Source: Bacteroidota bacterium
GTDB taxonomy: Bacteria; Bacteroidota; Bacteroidia; Chitinophagales; UBA2359
Assembly (NCBI GenBank): GCA_020628015.1
Contig: JAHDFT010000003.1
Location: 1-42,630 of the forward strand
Reading direction: 5' to 3'
Length of the DNA stretch: 42,630 nucleotides
A program made the position numbers and the translations under genes. This document shows, one piece after another, positions 30,205-38,900 of the stretch. Each line of letters opens with the position of its first letter. Within the stretch, counting starts at the first letter, position 1. A model generated the notes under the pieces. That model worked only from the letters and a program-made list of their open reading frames with translations, was not told the origin of the DNA and did not search any database.

Positions 30205-30455
30205 AAAAAAAAATAGAGCTTTGCTACTAACAAGCTTAGGACCAGGGCCAATCACTGTAAGCGGCGGTGCCCCCTATGGATACCTTTAAATCCGAATTGT
30301 GAGCAACGCTAACCCAGCGCACTACGGATTTAAAGGTATCCATAGGGGGCTGAAGCCGCTGAATGACATTGGTGTCTGGTGAAGTAATGGTGGCTTGACA
30401 ACGACCACGGCGAAACACCGCAGTATAATTGCTAACAAAGCTCTTTATTTTTAAT
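30205..30455 (-). ncRNA. Candidate retron msr-msd non-coding RNA
   Basis: Read on the minus strand. a1 is GAGCUUUGUUA (plus 30433-30443) and pairs over 11 bp, with one G-U, to a2 UAGCAAAGCUC (plus 30216-30226). a1 is immediately followed by G in a UUAGC context (complement of 30432), as at the branching G of Ec86. Short GC-rich stems follow (30381-30420). Next is a perfect 26-bp hairpin (30269-30294 / 30325-30350, 30-nt loop), extended by gcggc/gccgc (30261-30265 / 30355-30359). A U9 run follows a2. The region is conspicuously GC-rich in an AT-rich genome and lies upstream of a retron-type RT operon. Confidence 0.75.
30261..30359 (-). repeat. Long inverted repeat (predicted msd stem-loop)
   Basis: gccccctatggatacctttaaatccg (30269-30294) is the exact reverse complement of cggatttaaaggtatccatagggggc (30325-30350). 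An outer 5-bp extension is separated by a small internal loop. Confidence 0.9.
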
Positions 30456-30520
30456 ACAAAAAATATTGAAATAGAAGTAACTAGTATCACAGGGTAAGTT
30501 AGGATCTCGTTGGACTCACT

Positions 30521-30600
30521 TTGATTACTATCGCACTTCTGATATTATAAAGGTAAAAAAAGTCTAAATAGTTTCCAAAAAATCCCTTTTTTTTAGCAAA
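30521..30600. repeat. Intergenic ~80-bp direct repeat, copy 1
   Basis: ttgattactatcgcacttctgatattataaaggtaaaaaaagtctaaatagtttccaaaaaatcccttttttttagcaaa. About 85% identical to 30697-30775. Confidence 0.85.
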
Positions 30601-30696
30601 CTTTATTTTTGTTTAGGACTTTGATAAGTAATTCTAAATAGAAATAAAATCGTTTTTCTCCTGACTTAATCCTTACAAAGCTGATATTTATTAGCT

Positions 30697-30775
30697 TTGA
30701 TTACCGTCGCACTTCTGATATTATAAGGAAAATTAGGTCGAATTAGTTTCCAGAAATCCTTTTTTTTTAGCAAAA
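30697..30775. repeat. Intergenic ~80-bp direct repeat, copy 2
   Basis: ttgattaccgtcgcacttctgatattataaggaaaattaggtcgaattagtttccagaaatcctttttttttagcaaa. Same orientation as copy 1, 176 bp away. Confidence 0.85.
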
Positions 30776-30814
30776 ATCAAGAAAAAATTAGCTAAAAAAG
30801 ACTAAAAATATCAC

Positions 30815-31378
30815 TTAGGATATTTTTTTTAGTAATTCATCATCTGGATACCCCAACATCCTTATATTTCCGTCTGCTTCTACATGAATTTCGACATAAT
30901 TGGCATTCTCCATATCCGCTGCCTTATATCGTTCGGTTAAAAATAATACTTGTTGATTTTCTGAACCTCGCCATTGCAAATTGGTGTTTCGCAAGGCTTC
31001 TACATAGCGACCAGCGATTAGAATATCACAATAATCTAATACGTCTGTTTGTTTTCGCTCTTTTAATTCTGTCAACTCATAACCTGTGTACATCATAATC
31101 GTCAAACCTCGTGCCTTAATTTGTTGACAAAGGGCTAAAGTTTCTTCATATTGATCAAAGGGTTCTCCTCCTAATATGGTAACGCCTTCTATTTCACTTT
31201 CCCAAGCCATAATATCATGCATCAATCGCTCAACGGTCATGATCTGATTCTCCTTGAAGCTCCATGTTTCCTTATTCCAACAGCCTTTACACTTAATAGA
31301 ACAGCCTTGAGTCCAGATCACAAATCGAGTGCCTGGTCCATAAATATGGCTGGTTGGTTCTATGTGGTAAGTATTCAT
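30815..31378 (-). CDS. NrdG-like radical-SAM glycyl-radical-enzyme activase (orphan)
   Basis: GPGTRFVIWTQGCSIKCKGCWNKETW (CX3CX2C in the NrdG/PflA context), ILGGEPF, YTGYELTEL, DILIAGRYV...LQWRGSENQ. These are collinear with E. coli NrdG as I remember it. ATG at 31378 preferred over the TTG at 31426. Confidence 0.8.
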   Translation of the reverse strand: MNTYHIEPTSHIYGPGTRFVIWTQGCSIKCKGCWNKETWSFKENQIMTVERLMHDIMAWESEIEGVTILGGEPFDQYEETLALCQQIKARGLTIMMYTGYELTELKERKQTDVLDYCDILIAGRYVEALRNTNLQWRGSENQQVLFLTERYKAADMENANYVEIHVEADGNIRMLGYPDDELLKKIS

Positions 31379-31472
31379 TATATATAAAATATTAAAATAG
31401 GAATAAAAGCGACTTTTGGTGAGCAAAATGGAACTTTACTCAATGGTGAATCAGTAGGCATTCTCTCATTCA

Positions 31473-31961
31473 TTATCCTTTTACAAGAACTAATTGCGTT
31501 CTACCATTTTTGGTTTTCCTTTGTATTTTGTATCCCATTGCTCTAGCTCTTTCCTCAATTGCCTCTTGTTGCTTTTTCAAGTAGGCTTGCCGTTGTGTTT
31601 GCAAGCGAATGGCTTCTCTCATGGTTGCTTCCTTGATCTTAATTTCTTCTGGATCAGTAGGCTCTCCACCACCTTCATCTTCTTCAGCGGCTGCCAACTT
31701 TCGGTCAACGATGCCGTTATAGGCTTCTTCGAGATATTTTAAGAATGTACGAGCTTTGGCTTTGACCTCCGTATCATAGTGAAATTGAAATCGCCCCAAT
31801 TCGTCCTTGACAAAACAAGCTTTGTGGTGAAATCGCAATTGTGGAATTTCGTAACGGACTCCTTCCTCAATAGGTACTAGATCGTATCCGCATTGTTTTA
31901 CTGCTTCTAGCAAGGTATTTAAGTCCAAAAATGGCGTTAAAGATTTGACAACTACACTCAT
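31473..31961 (-). CDS. DUF1257 (Ycf35-like) family protein with a charged insert
   Basis: N-terminus MSVVVKSLTPFLDLNTLLEAVKQCGYDL and C-terminus MGYKIQRKTKNGRTQLVLVK match the DUF1257 pattern (M..f..i.t...d...L..AL..lGy... / kGY.v.r....dG.i.L.l). It is adjacent to a DUF2997 gene, as is typical. Start moved to ATG 31961. Confidence 0.6.
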   Translation of the reverse strand: MSVVVKSLTPFLDLNTLLEAVKQCGYDLVPIEEGVRYEIPQLRFHHKACFVKDELGRFQFHYDTEVKAKARTFLKYLEEAYNGIVDRKLAAAEEDEGGGEPTDPEEIKIKEATMREAIRLQTQRQAYLKKQQEAIEERARAMGYKIQRKTKNGRTQLVLVKG

Positions 31962-32054
31962 TTTTGTGTGGTTTTGAATGTTAAAAAAGTATCGCATTAG
32001 TCCTAAAATAGATATTTCATGATTTATTTTAAGACTAATACTAAAATAATGGTA

Positions 32055-32264
32055 TTATTTTTTTGCTTTTACTTGCTCTTTGGTAACAGATTTTCTTCCC
32101 TGATAAAAATCATCCGTCTTTTTTACGGAGGCATTTCCCAAATCTGCAATATCCTTCATGAGATTATTGAGTTCATCCATGCACATTTCACCTGTCATAC
32201 CTTCAGTCTTCGCAAGGATTTTCCCATTTTCATCTATATCAATGATGATTTTTTCTTCTTTCAT
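32055..32264 (-). CDS. DUF2997 family small protein
   Basis: 69 aa. IIIDIDENGKILAKTEGMTGEMCMDELNNLMKDIADLG...KTDDFYQ fits the DUF2997 pattern (I.i..dG.v...v.G..G..C.....l...lG.v....t.eyy). Confidence 0.6.
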   Translation of the reverse strand: MKEEKIIIDIDENGKILAKTEGMTGEMCMDELNNLMKDIADLGNASVKKTDDFYQGRKSVTKEQVKAKK

Positions 32265-32347
32265 AATATAGGAGTACTTTAATTTAAAAAAATGATTATG
32301 ACACCAAATTCCCTAGTGAGTTTGGTATAAATCTGAAACTGCTAAAA

Positions 32348-34732
32348 TTAAGCTGTCACAGGTTCTTCTTTAGTGGCACAAAGTATCGCTCCTAGTTTTT
32401 GAGCGTCTTCTTTTGCCCAGTCGTATTCTGACCAACTATTGATGGCTAGATAACGTTTGTTTCCCCAAGTGAATAGATGTCCTCTACGAGGAAGTGATTC
32501 ATTGGGGTAGTCAGCAGAAAAAAGTGGTAAATCAACAATATTGACAACTATTGTTGGTTCCTCATGTTCTGCTGAATTGTCTTTTTGTTTGAGTGCTGTA
32601 TTGGAAGCATAGCGATTTTTGAGAATCGAAGAAAGTGAAGATTTCTTTCTGCCTCCTGATTTCGTACTAACCGTTTGTAATTTAGATTGTTGACTTCTAA
32701 TTCGATTGGTTTGGGAAGTGAATGACTTCCCCATTTCTTTTTCAATGAAAGCCAATCGTTTAGAAATATTTCGCAACTGGTCAGAGAAAACATTGATTTC
32801 TTGGCTATTGCCTTGTAAATATTCCTCATAAGGTGCATCAATATCCTTCATTTCCTTCACCAACAAATCTACACCTCCTGCATCTCGTCCATCTCTACTT
32901 TGCCGCTCTGCTACTCTTTGTAGAGCAACCATTAGATCTTCCCAACCACCTTCTTTCCATTCTTGTTGCTCCATAAATTCTTTCCGCATTCGATTTCGCT
33001 CACTTTCGAGATAACTCCCCTTTGCGTCCATGTCCATATTATCATACATGTTCCCCCACTGACGAGTCAAATTTTGTTTACGTTGCTCTAGCTTTGATAC
33101 CTCTTTCTTGTATTTTTGTTGATTTTCTTCAAACTCTATTTTTGCTTCCTTCACTTTTATATCACTTAACACACTAAAATTCTCCTCATTGAACACGTTA
33201 ATGGCTCGATCTAACTGTTGAATACAACGGTTCACTTCTGCGGTTTGTAATACCGCAATATCCTTTTTCTTCAACTCCTTAATCGTGCTATCTACTTCGA
33301 TAAGTCGCTTTTTGGCTTTTGTCCAACCGCCTAGAATTTTAGATTTTAGGGTATCAGGAATTTCTTCTACTGCCTTGTATAATTCATCTCTTTTTTGTGC
33401 CAATTCATCAACAGTTTTGGAGAATCGACTTTGTGCAGCAATCCATTTTTTGTAGAGTGGTGCGTCTGTTGCCCCTTGTGGTAATTGTTGTGGTTCTAAC
33501 TTGATTTCATATTTCACTTCCAAAGCATACAAGTCCTCTTCTGGCATAAATTCATCCCATACTGGATTTTTCAAAGCACCTAATTCTACTTTTTTAATCG
33601 CAGGCTCTGCCTCAGCTTCTTGGCTAATCTCAATAGATTTGGACAAATCATCTACTAGTAACAAAGGAGCTTCGACAGCTTGAAATTGCTTCTTTGCATG
33701 AAAATGATACTTAGATTTATTTGTCAAATCATTAGCATAAGCTAATAAATCCTTGCATTGACCTTCGTTTAATTTCAATAAATAGACTAGATTTTCCTGT
33801 TTATAAGCATCCATATCCAAAATGGGGAGCCAATATATTTCATTATTATCAAGAATAACAAAATTCGCCAATGTGCTTTCAATAGCCTCCAAATGATTCC
33901 CTTTTTCTGCTAATTGCTTGACCAAATCATTGGAACGCTGTTGCAGCGTACATAAAATCCTTGCTTCTTTGAGTTTGTCTACAGGTATTTTTAAGGGATT
34001 CGTTTGATTATTATCCATACGATGTAAAATCATTTTCACATCTGTAGCTCCTGCTAATTTTCTAGCTAAAAAGCCATTAATACCATCCCAACCAAAATAA
34101 GGTGTAGGTAATCCAATCTTATTGAAAGGTGATCCCTCTACTTGTTTGGGCATTTCCAAATGACTTTCTTGAAGAATCTCAAAACCTGCTTTTTCCCAAA
34201 AAGTTTGACAGAAAAAGGCAAACAAATTAGTCAATTGCGATGCAGAGAGTGCGGTCAACAAGCCTTTTTGCTTCACGACTGCATTATCTAAGAGATGGTG
34301 GTTATAGATAAAGCCAGACTGTTTTTCCTTTTTGGGATCAATCAATACAAAAGTACCAACAACTGAAGCACCACATCGGATCAAAGCTTGACCAGCTAGT
34401 GCCTTAAGATCATTGAGGGAAACGACATCTTGATCGTCAGGGCGTTGGTCTATTAATAAGTAAAGGCGTACATTTCGCTCGTTTATCGCTCTTAAACAGG
34501 CTTCCTCAATTGCTGTTCCTGCTTGAAAAAAGGGGGTTTGAAGACAAATGACTTCCTCTGCTTGGTCAATCGCATAGGCAATCGTTGCTTCAATATCTGT
34601 TAAAGCAAAGTGCGTCCATTCTTTGAATTCTGGCTGCGGTTTGACCGTCTGTTTTTCCCAAAAATGGGTTAGCAACTTCTGCCGATTATCTTGAACGAAT
34701 GTTTTACTTATTGGTACAATAGATGATGACAT
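32348..34732 (-). CDS. Hypothetical 794-aa protein: N-terminal PLD-like (apparently inactivated) module plus a long coiled-coil and a C-terminal domain
   Basis: Residues ~45-160 (AIDQAEEVICLQTPFF...NVRLYLLIDQRP...VGTFVLIDPKK...SGFIYN) and ~265-300 (ARILC...LANFVILDNNEIYW) resemble the two halves of a PLD/Nuc fold. However, H and K of HxKxxxxD are replaced (V.T / L.N). The central ~250 aa are K/E/Q-rich coiled-coil. Confidence 0.4.
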   Translation of the reverse strand: MSSSIVPISKTFVQDNRQKLLTHFWEKQTVKPQPEFKEWTHFALTDIEATIAYAIDQAEEVICLQTPFFQAGTAIEEACLRAINERNVRLYLLIDQRPDDQDVVSLNDLKALAGQALIRCGASVVGTFVLIDPKKEKQSGFIYNHHLLDNAVVKQKGLLTALSASQLTNLFAFFCQTFWEKAGFEILQESHLEMPKQVEGSPFNKIGLPTPYFGWDGINGFLARKLAGATDVKMILHRMDNNQTNPLKIPVDKLKEARILCTLQQRSNDLVKQLAEKGNHLEAIESTLANFVILDNNEIYWLPILDMDAYKQENLVYLLKLNEGQCKDLLAYANDLTNKSKYHFHAKKQFQAVEAPLLLVDDLSKSIEISQEAEAEPAIKKVELGALKNPVWDEFMPEEDLYALEVKYEIKLEPQQLPQGATDAPLYKKWIAAQSRFSKTVDELAQKRDELYKAVEEIPDTLKSKILGGWTKAKKRLIEVDSTIKELKKKDIAVLQTAEVNRCIQQLDRAINVFNEENFSVLSDIKVKEAKIEFEENQQKYKKEVSKLEQRKQNLTRQWGNMYDNMDMDAKGSYLESERNRMRKEFMEQQEWKEGGWEDLMVALQRVAERQSRDGRDAGGVDLLVKEMKDIDAPYEEYLQGNSQEINVFSDQLRNISKRLAFIEKEMGKSFTSQTNRIRSQQSKLQTVSTKSGGRKKSSLSSILKNRYASNTALKQKDNSAEHEEPTIVVNIVDLPLFSADYPNESLPRRGHLFTWGNKRYLAINSWSEYDWAKEDAQKLGAILCATKEEPVTA

Positions 34733-34788
34733 TGTTTTGTCTTTTCTTTAAAAAAGTAATAATGGTAAAATAACTTAATACATAGCAT

Positions 34789-35880
34789 TTATACCGCCAA
34801 ATCATAAGGTGCCGCTAGGTGCCAAAATGCTTCTGATTTGAGGCTATCTTCGTCCGCTTTGGTTCTTTCCAAAATATCTTCTACAGTCAAAGTATCTAGT
34901 TCATGATGTTTGAAGGCAGCATTTTGGTTAATTTGTAGCACCATTTGATCTAAACGCTTAGGACGGATGTAGTTTTTTTGTACTTCCTCCATCACTAACC
35001 AATCTCGCCATTGGTTAGCATCTGTCTCATTAGCAGGCACAACGGCAATGTCTTTCAAAGTCACCTCATCAAATCTACCATAAGGAGACTCTGGTACATT
35101 AAGCGTCAGATGTGGAATAAGGAAGCGTTTTTTAGTTGTTGGGGGTAATTCCTCACTAAATCCAACCGCTATACATCCTGCGGCTTCATGCCACTCTAAA
35201 TTACCTGCGCCTGCAACTGCCTGAAGCACTTCTACTTGTGATTGGCTTAATTTTGTTTCATGATGTAAATCAATCGGCATTCTTGTACTACTCAAACGGA
35301 GTTCTCCATCTAACACGCAAATTGACTCATCGGTTGTAGAGGAATACCAAGTCCATTCTAAATTTGCAGAATCATTTCCTCTGAAGTAGCCCTCCTCATT
35401 GACTCCTAGCCCTAAAACTTGAATATCAACTGTTTGTCCCCCACTTTTTAGCGAATAGGTTTGATTGATAAAATTTTGTAAGGGCAATTGATGCAGGGAG
35501 CCACCTGTTTCTTTAGCTTCTTCTTCGGCAACTTCTGGTTTTACTCGCTCAAAATGTACAAAATGTTCACCAATCAACGGATCATTCGAGATGACCCATA
35601 TTTTGTATAAGCCTTCTTCTTTTTGCCAGAATCTTCCGCTTTCTAGTACCCCTTTTCCTGTTTCGGTAATGCTCCACCCTTCTCCATCTACTGCTAACAA
35701 GTCCATGCTGAATAGATAGCGAGCAATTTGGCGAGATAATGGATCATTTTGAGTATCTATTTCGCCTTTATCTAATGCTTCTAAAAATTCCTGGATATCA
35801 GTACGCTCCGTAGCTACTTTTAAGCTGCCATATACCTGATAAACTGGTATTTCTACTGTTCGCTTTAGTGTTAATGCCAT
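34789..35880 (-). CDS. Hypothetical 363-aa protein (possible N-terminal winged-helix)
   Basis: Long ORF, codirectional, with 38-56 nt gaps to its neighbours. The first ~90 aa have a wHTH-like pattern. No catalytic motif recognised. Confidence 0.5.
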   Translation of the reverse strand: MALTLKRTVEIPVYQVYGSLKVATERTDIQEFLEALDKGEIDTQNDPLSRQIARYLFSMDLLAVDGEGWSITETGKGVLESGRFWQKEEGLYKIWVISNDPLIGEHFVHFERVKPEVAEEEAKETGGSLHQLPLQNFINQTYSLKSGGQTVDIQVLGLGVNEEGYFRGNDSANLEWTWYSSTTDESICVLDGELRLSSTRMPIDLHHETKLSQSQVEVLQAVAGAGNLEWHEAAGCIAVGFSEELPPTTKKRFLIPHLTLNVPESPYGRFDEVTLKDIAVVPANETDANQWRDWLVMEEVQKNYIRPKRLDQMVLQINQNAAFKHHELDTLTVEDILERTKADEDSLKSEAFWHLAAPYDLAV

Positions 35881-35918
35881 TGATTGAATCCTTATTTATT
35901 ATTTAGTAATGGACTATA

Positions 35919-38900
35919 TTAATGTTGTAAATATTCGACCAATTCCCGCCATTCCTCAGAAATCGTTTGTGTGCCGAAGGTATCTTGTTTTCCAACAATC
36001 ACTAGTTGATATTTAGCACGAGATAAAGCCAAATTCAAGCGATTAGGGCTATCTGGAAAGGCGGTTTGTGGATTGCCTAAACAGAGGAAAACAACATCTG
36101 CCTCTTGTCCTTGAAAAGTTTCGACCGTTCCTACGTGAATATCGACATTTCCTTTTTGGTAAAGCAGCTTCGTTGTCTTGTCTTCACAAAGGTCTTGCAC
36201 CATTAAACACAGTTTTCGTTTTTGATTGGGTTGGAAACATAGACAGGCTACTTTATAATTCCCTTCTTGTTGATTTGCCCAATCGCAGAAATGTTGTAAT
36301 TCCTCCTTCAAAACAGGAATTTCTTGTTCTGTCGTATTGAGCCAAGTTACTCTGGATGCATGCCGATCAAAGTCCCAATCTCGCTCATTACTTAGTGCAG
36401 GTACATCTTTCAAGGTATTTTCATAGAAGACTTTGCTTACCAATTGGGTAATATCTGGATGCATTCGATGTTGTACTTCTAGTCTGCTATGTCTTAACCC
36501 TTCAAGGATTTCATCAGCAAATCCTTTGGTTAATGTGCTGGTATATTTACTGCGTAATCGACCAATTACCCCATTGTGAATGCTTTCTAATAGGGATGGT
36601 AATGCCATACGACTAATGTGTATCACTTTACCAGCAATATTTAAGGACTGTGGGAATAATCGGTGTAATCGTCTCTTTAGTTGTCTTGCTCTTTGATTGC
36701 GATCTGCTCTACTTGTAAATTGTAGTTCAAATTGCCTAATAATCGCTTGACTCAATATTCTTGACCAATTTTCTCGATGGAGAATGGTTTCGATATACTG
36801 AGCAATTTTTAGTGATTCATTGATAATTGTTCCATCTGTACTTACAATTCCTGTTGCAAAATCTGGACTTGCTTGTCGCATAAAGGCAAGGTGACGGAAT
36901 CCATGTTTATAGTATTGCCAGTTTTTTCCTAAAAAGATAAAATATTCTGGTAAAAGATCAAGTACTTCATGTGTCAAAGACTCATCTAACAAAATGAAAT
37001 CAGCAATATGAGCTGCTAATCTATTTTCTTGTAAAGCTTCTGGGGAAAAGATTTGCATCCATCCTTTTGCTTTTAACTTTTCTCTTGAAATGGTTATCCA
37101 TTTTTTGCCTACTAGTTCAAATTCATTATAATCGTCGTCACTTTCTTCCATTCTTACCCCTATTTCCTTGACCATTGCATCTAAAACTTCGGCAGGTAAT
37201 GGTAGAATAAAGCGATTGTGAAAGTCTTGCTTTACTCCTTCTTGACCAGCAATGCTTGTGTTGCTATATTTCAACAAAGTTTCTAGGTAAAAACAGGCTT
37301 TTTGAAGGGCATCAGGAATCCCTTTCATCTTAGAGAAACGCAAATTACCAATTAATCGCTCTACAGAATGCCTATTGGTATAAGGAGTTAATTGCATGGT
37401 GTCTCCTGCGAGTATCCATTTTTTAGCAAAAACGGCTGGAAGGAGGAAGTCTTGGAAGGTAATGTCGTTGCTTTCATCAACGATTAGGTAGTCAAAGTAA
37501 GGACTTAATGGCTGATGGGTATCAGTTGTCAACCACTGACGCATCATTGGATGTTCCCACATTTCTTTAACAGGTGCGACTACCAAATTCGCTGCCTCCA
37601 AAATTAACTGCTCTGGTCGGCTTGTTTCTTCATCAGTATAGGCTTCCCAATGAAAAACACGCAAATCATTATCAACTCGATCTAACTCCCCTACTCGAAG
37701 TGGGAAAGTTTCTTTTTGAAAATCAGGATGTTGTATAATTTGTCGTAGTAAATGATCGGCTCCTTGTGGTGTTGCACTACATAATAGGATTCGTGGATAT
37801 TGTTTGGATGCTTTGGCTTTTTGTAGAATTTGCCAGATTAACTCTAGTAAAACGGTCGTTTTTCCAGATCCAGGCGCACCTTCCAAAAAGGCAAAGTCAG
37901 GAGTTGCCAATGCTCTTTTGACAAAATCTCTTTGTGCCTTACAACCTTTTCGTTTCCCATTTTTTAGTAATAACCACTTACCAGTCTGTATGTCTGCCTC
38001 CTCAAATGCTTCCCATTGAACCTCCTGAATGGGTTCAAAGATTTTCATTAATGGATAAAGGTGAGCGTGAGGTTGTGCTAGTAATCGAGCCATGACCTCT
38101 AATTGATGCTCTGGTGGACGGCTATCTGCATGAATAAAAATCAATTCGGTTGCGGGTAGGATATATTTTGGTGCAACGACTTCATCTAGAAACATAAAAG
38201 ACTTTTCAGCCAATACAATTCTTCTTTCTGCTTCATTTCGCAATACAATATTGTAGACTTTCCCATATTCATCCATGACAGAATCAATCGTCTCATCAAA
38301 GAAGTAGGCAAAGTCATCATCTGATTTGTAGGATTCATTAACCAAATCTAATTCAATCCAGAATTGATCTTTGGCTTCCTGTTCATGATCTTCTACTTTA
38401 TGCAACCGCAATTCCATTCCATTGACGGTATGGAAAAGGGCATCTTCTCGATAGCTATCTTTGTAGATGGCAAAGGTTAAAGAATTGGGATCAATCACCT
38501 CCTCATAATCAAAATTGAGGATATTTTCTAGGCGAATATCCATAGCCAATTCCTCGATAGTTGCTAGATGTTCTGGCAGTTTGGGTATGGTATGGCTACA
38601 AACAACTGCTTCTGTCAAATCGAAATTGACAATTTGTAGATCGGGATATTGATAGAGGTCAATTTGTTCAATAATCCGGAAGCCTGTATCTTCTCCGTTA
38701 ATAAGCAATTGGGTGGAGGGCTGAATAAATGCATCTAGGAATAATTGTTTATCCTTAAATTCAAAGTCTAGTTGCTCTCCATAGGTAGTTACTGTATTGA
38801 CCTCCCCTGTTTCTACCCATGCCAATTCCAATTCAAAAGCTTCGAATCCCCAATGAACACGCCCTAGAAAAGCTTCGGTTAATGGCAAACGAATGAAGAT

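Noticed and set aside
30236-30490. 84-aa minus-strand ORF overlapping the GC-rich structured region
   Set aside because: It lies entirely within the predicted retron ncRNA. Its sequence mirrors the two arms of a 26-bp palindrome (SIGGTA / PPMDTFKS-type segments). It has no RBS context, and it overlaps the TTG-extended start of the ARM gene. It is best explained as a chance open frame in GC-rich RNA-coding DNA.
31473-31520. RAMGY near the C-terminus of the DUF1257-like protein as a glycyl-radical motif for the adjacent NrdG-like activase
   Set aside because: It resembles R-x-x-G-Y only superficially. The (K/M)GY.(V/I).R string is a general DUF1257 family feature, found in aerobic cyanobacteria without activases. 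The surrounding sequence lacks the glycyl-radical domain fold signature.
32019-32282. 87-aa plus-strand ORF opposite the DUF2997 gene
   Set aside because: The minus-strand 69-aa product matches the DUF2997 pattern and fits the operon orientation. The plus-strand product is hydrophobic and low-complexity with no context.
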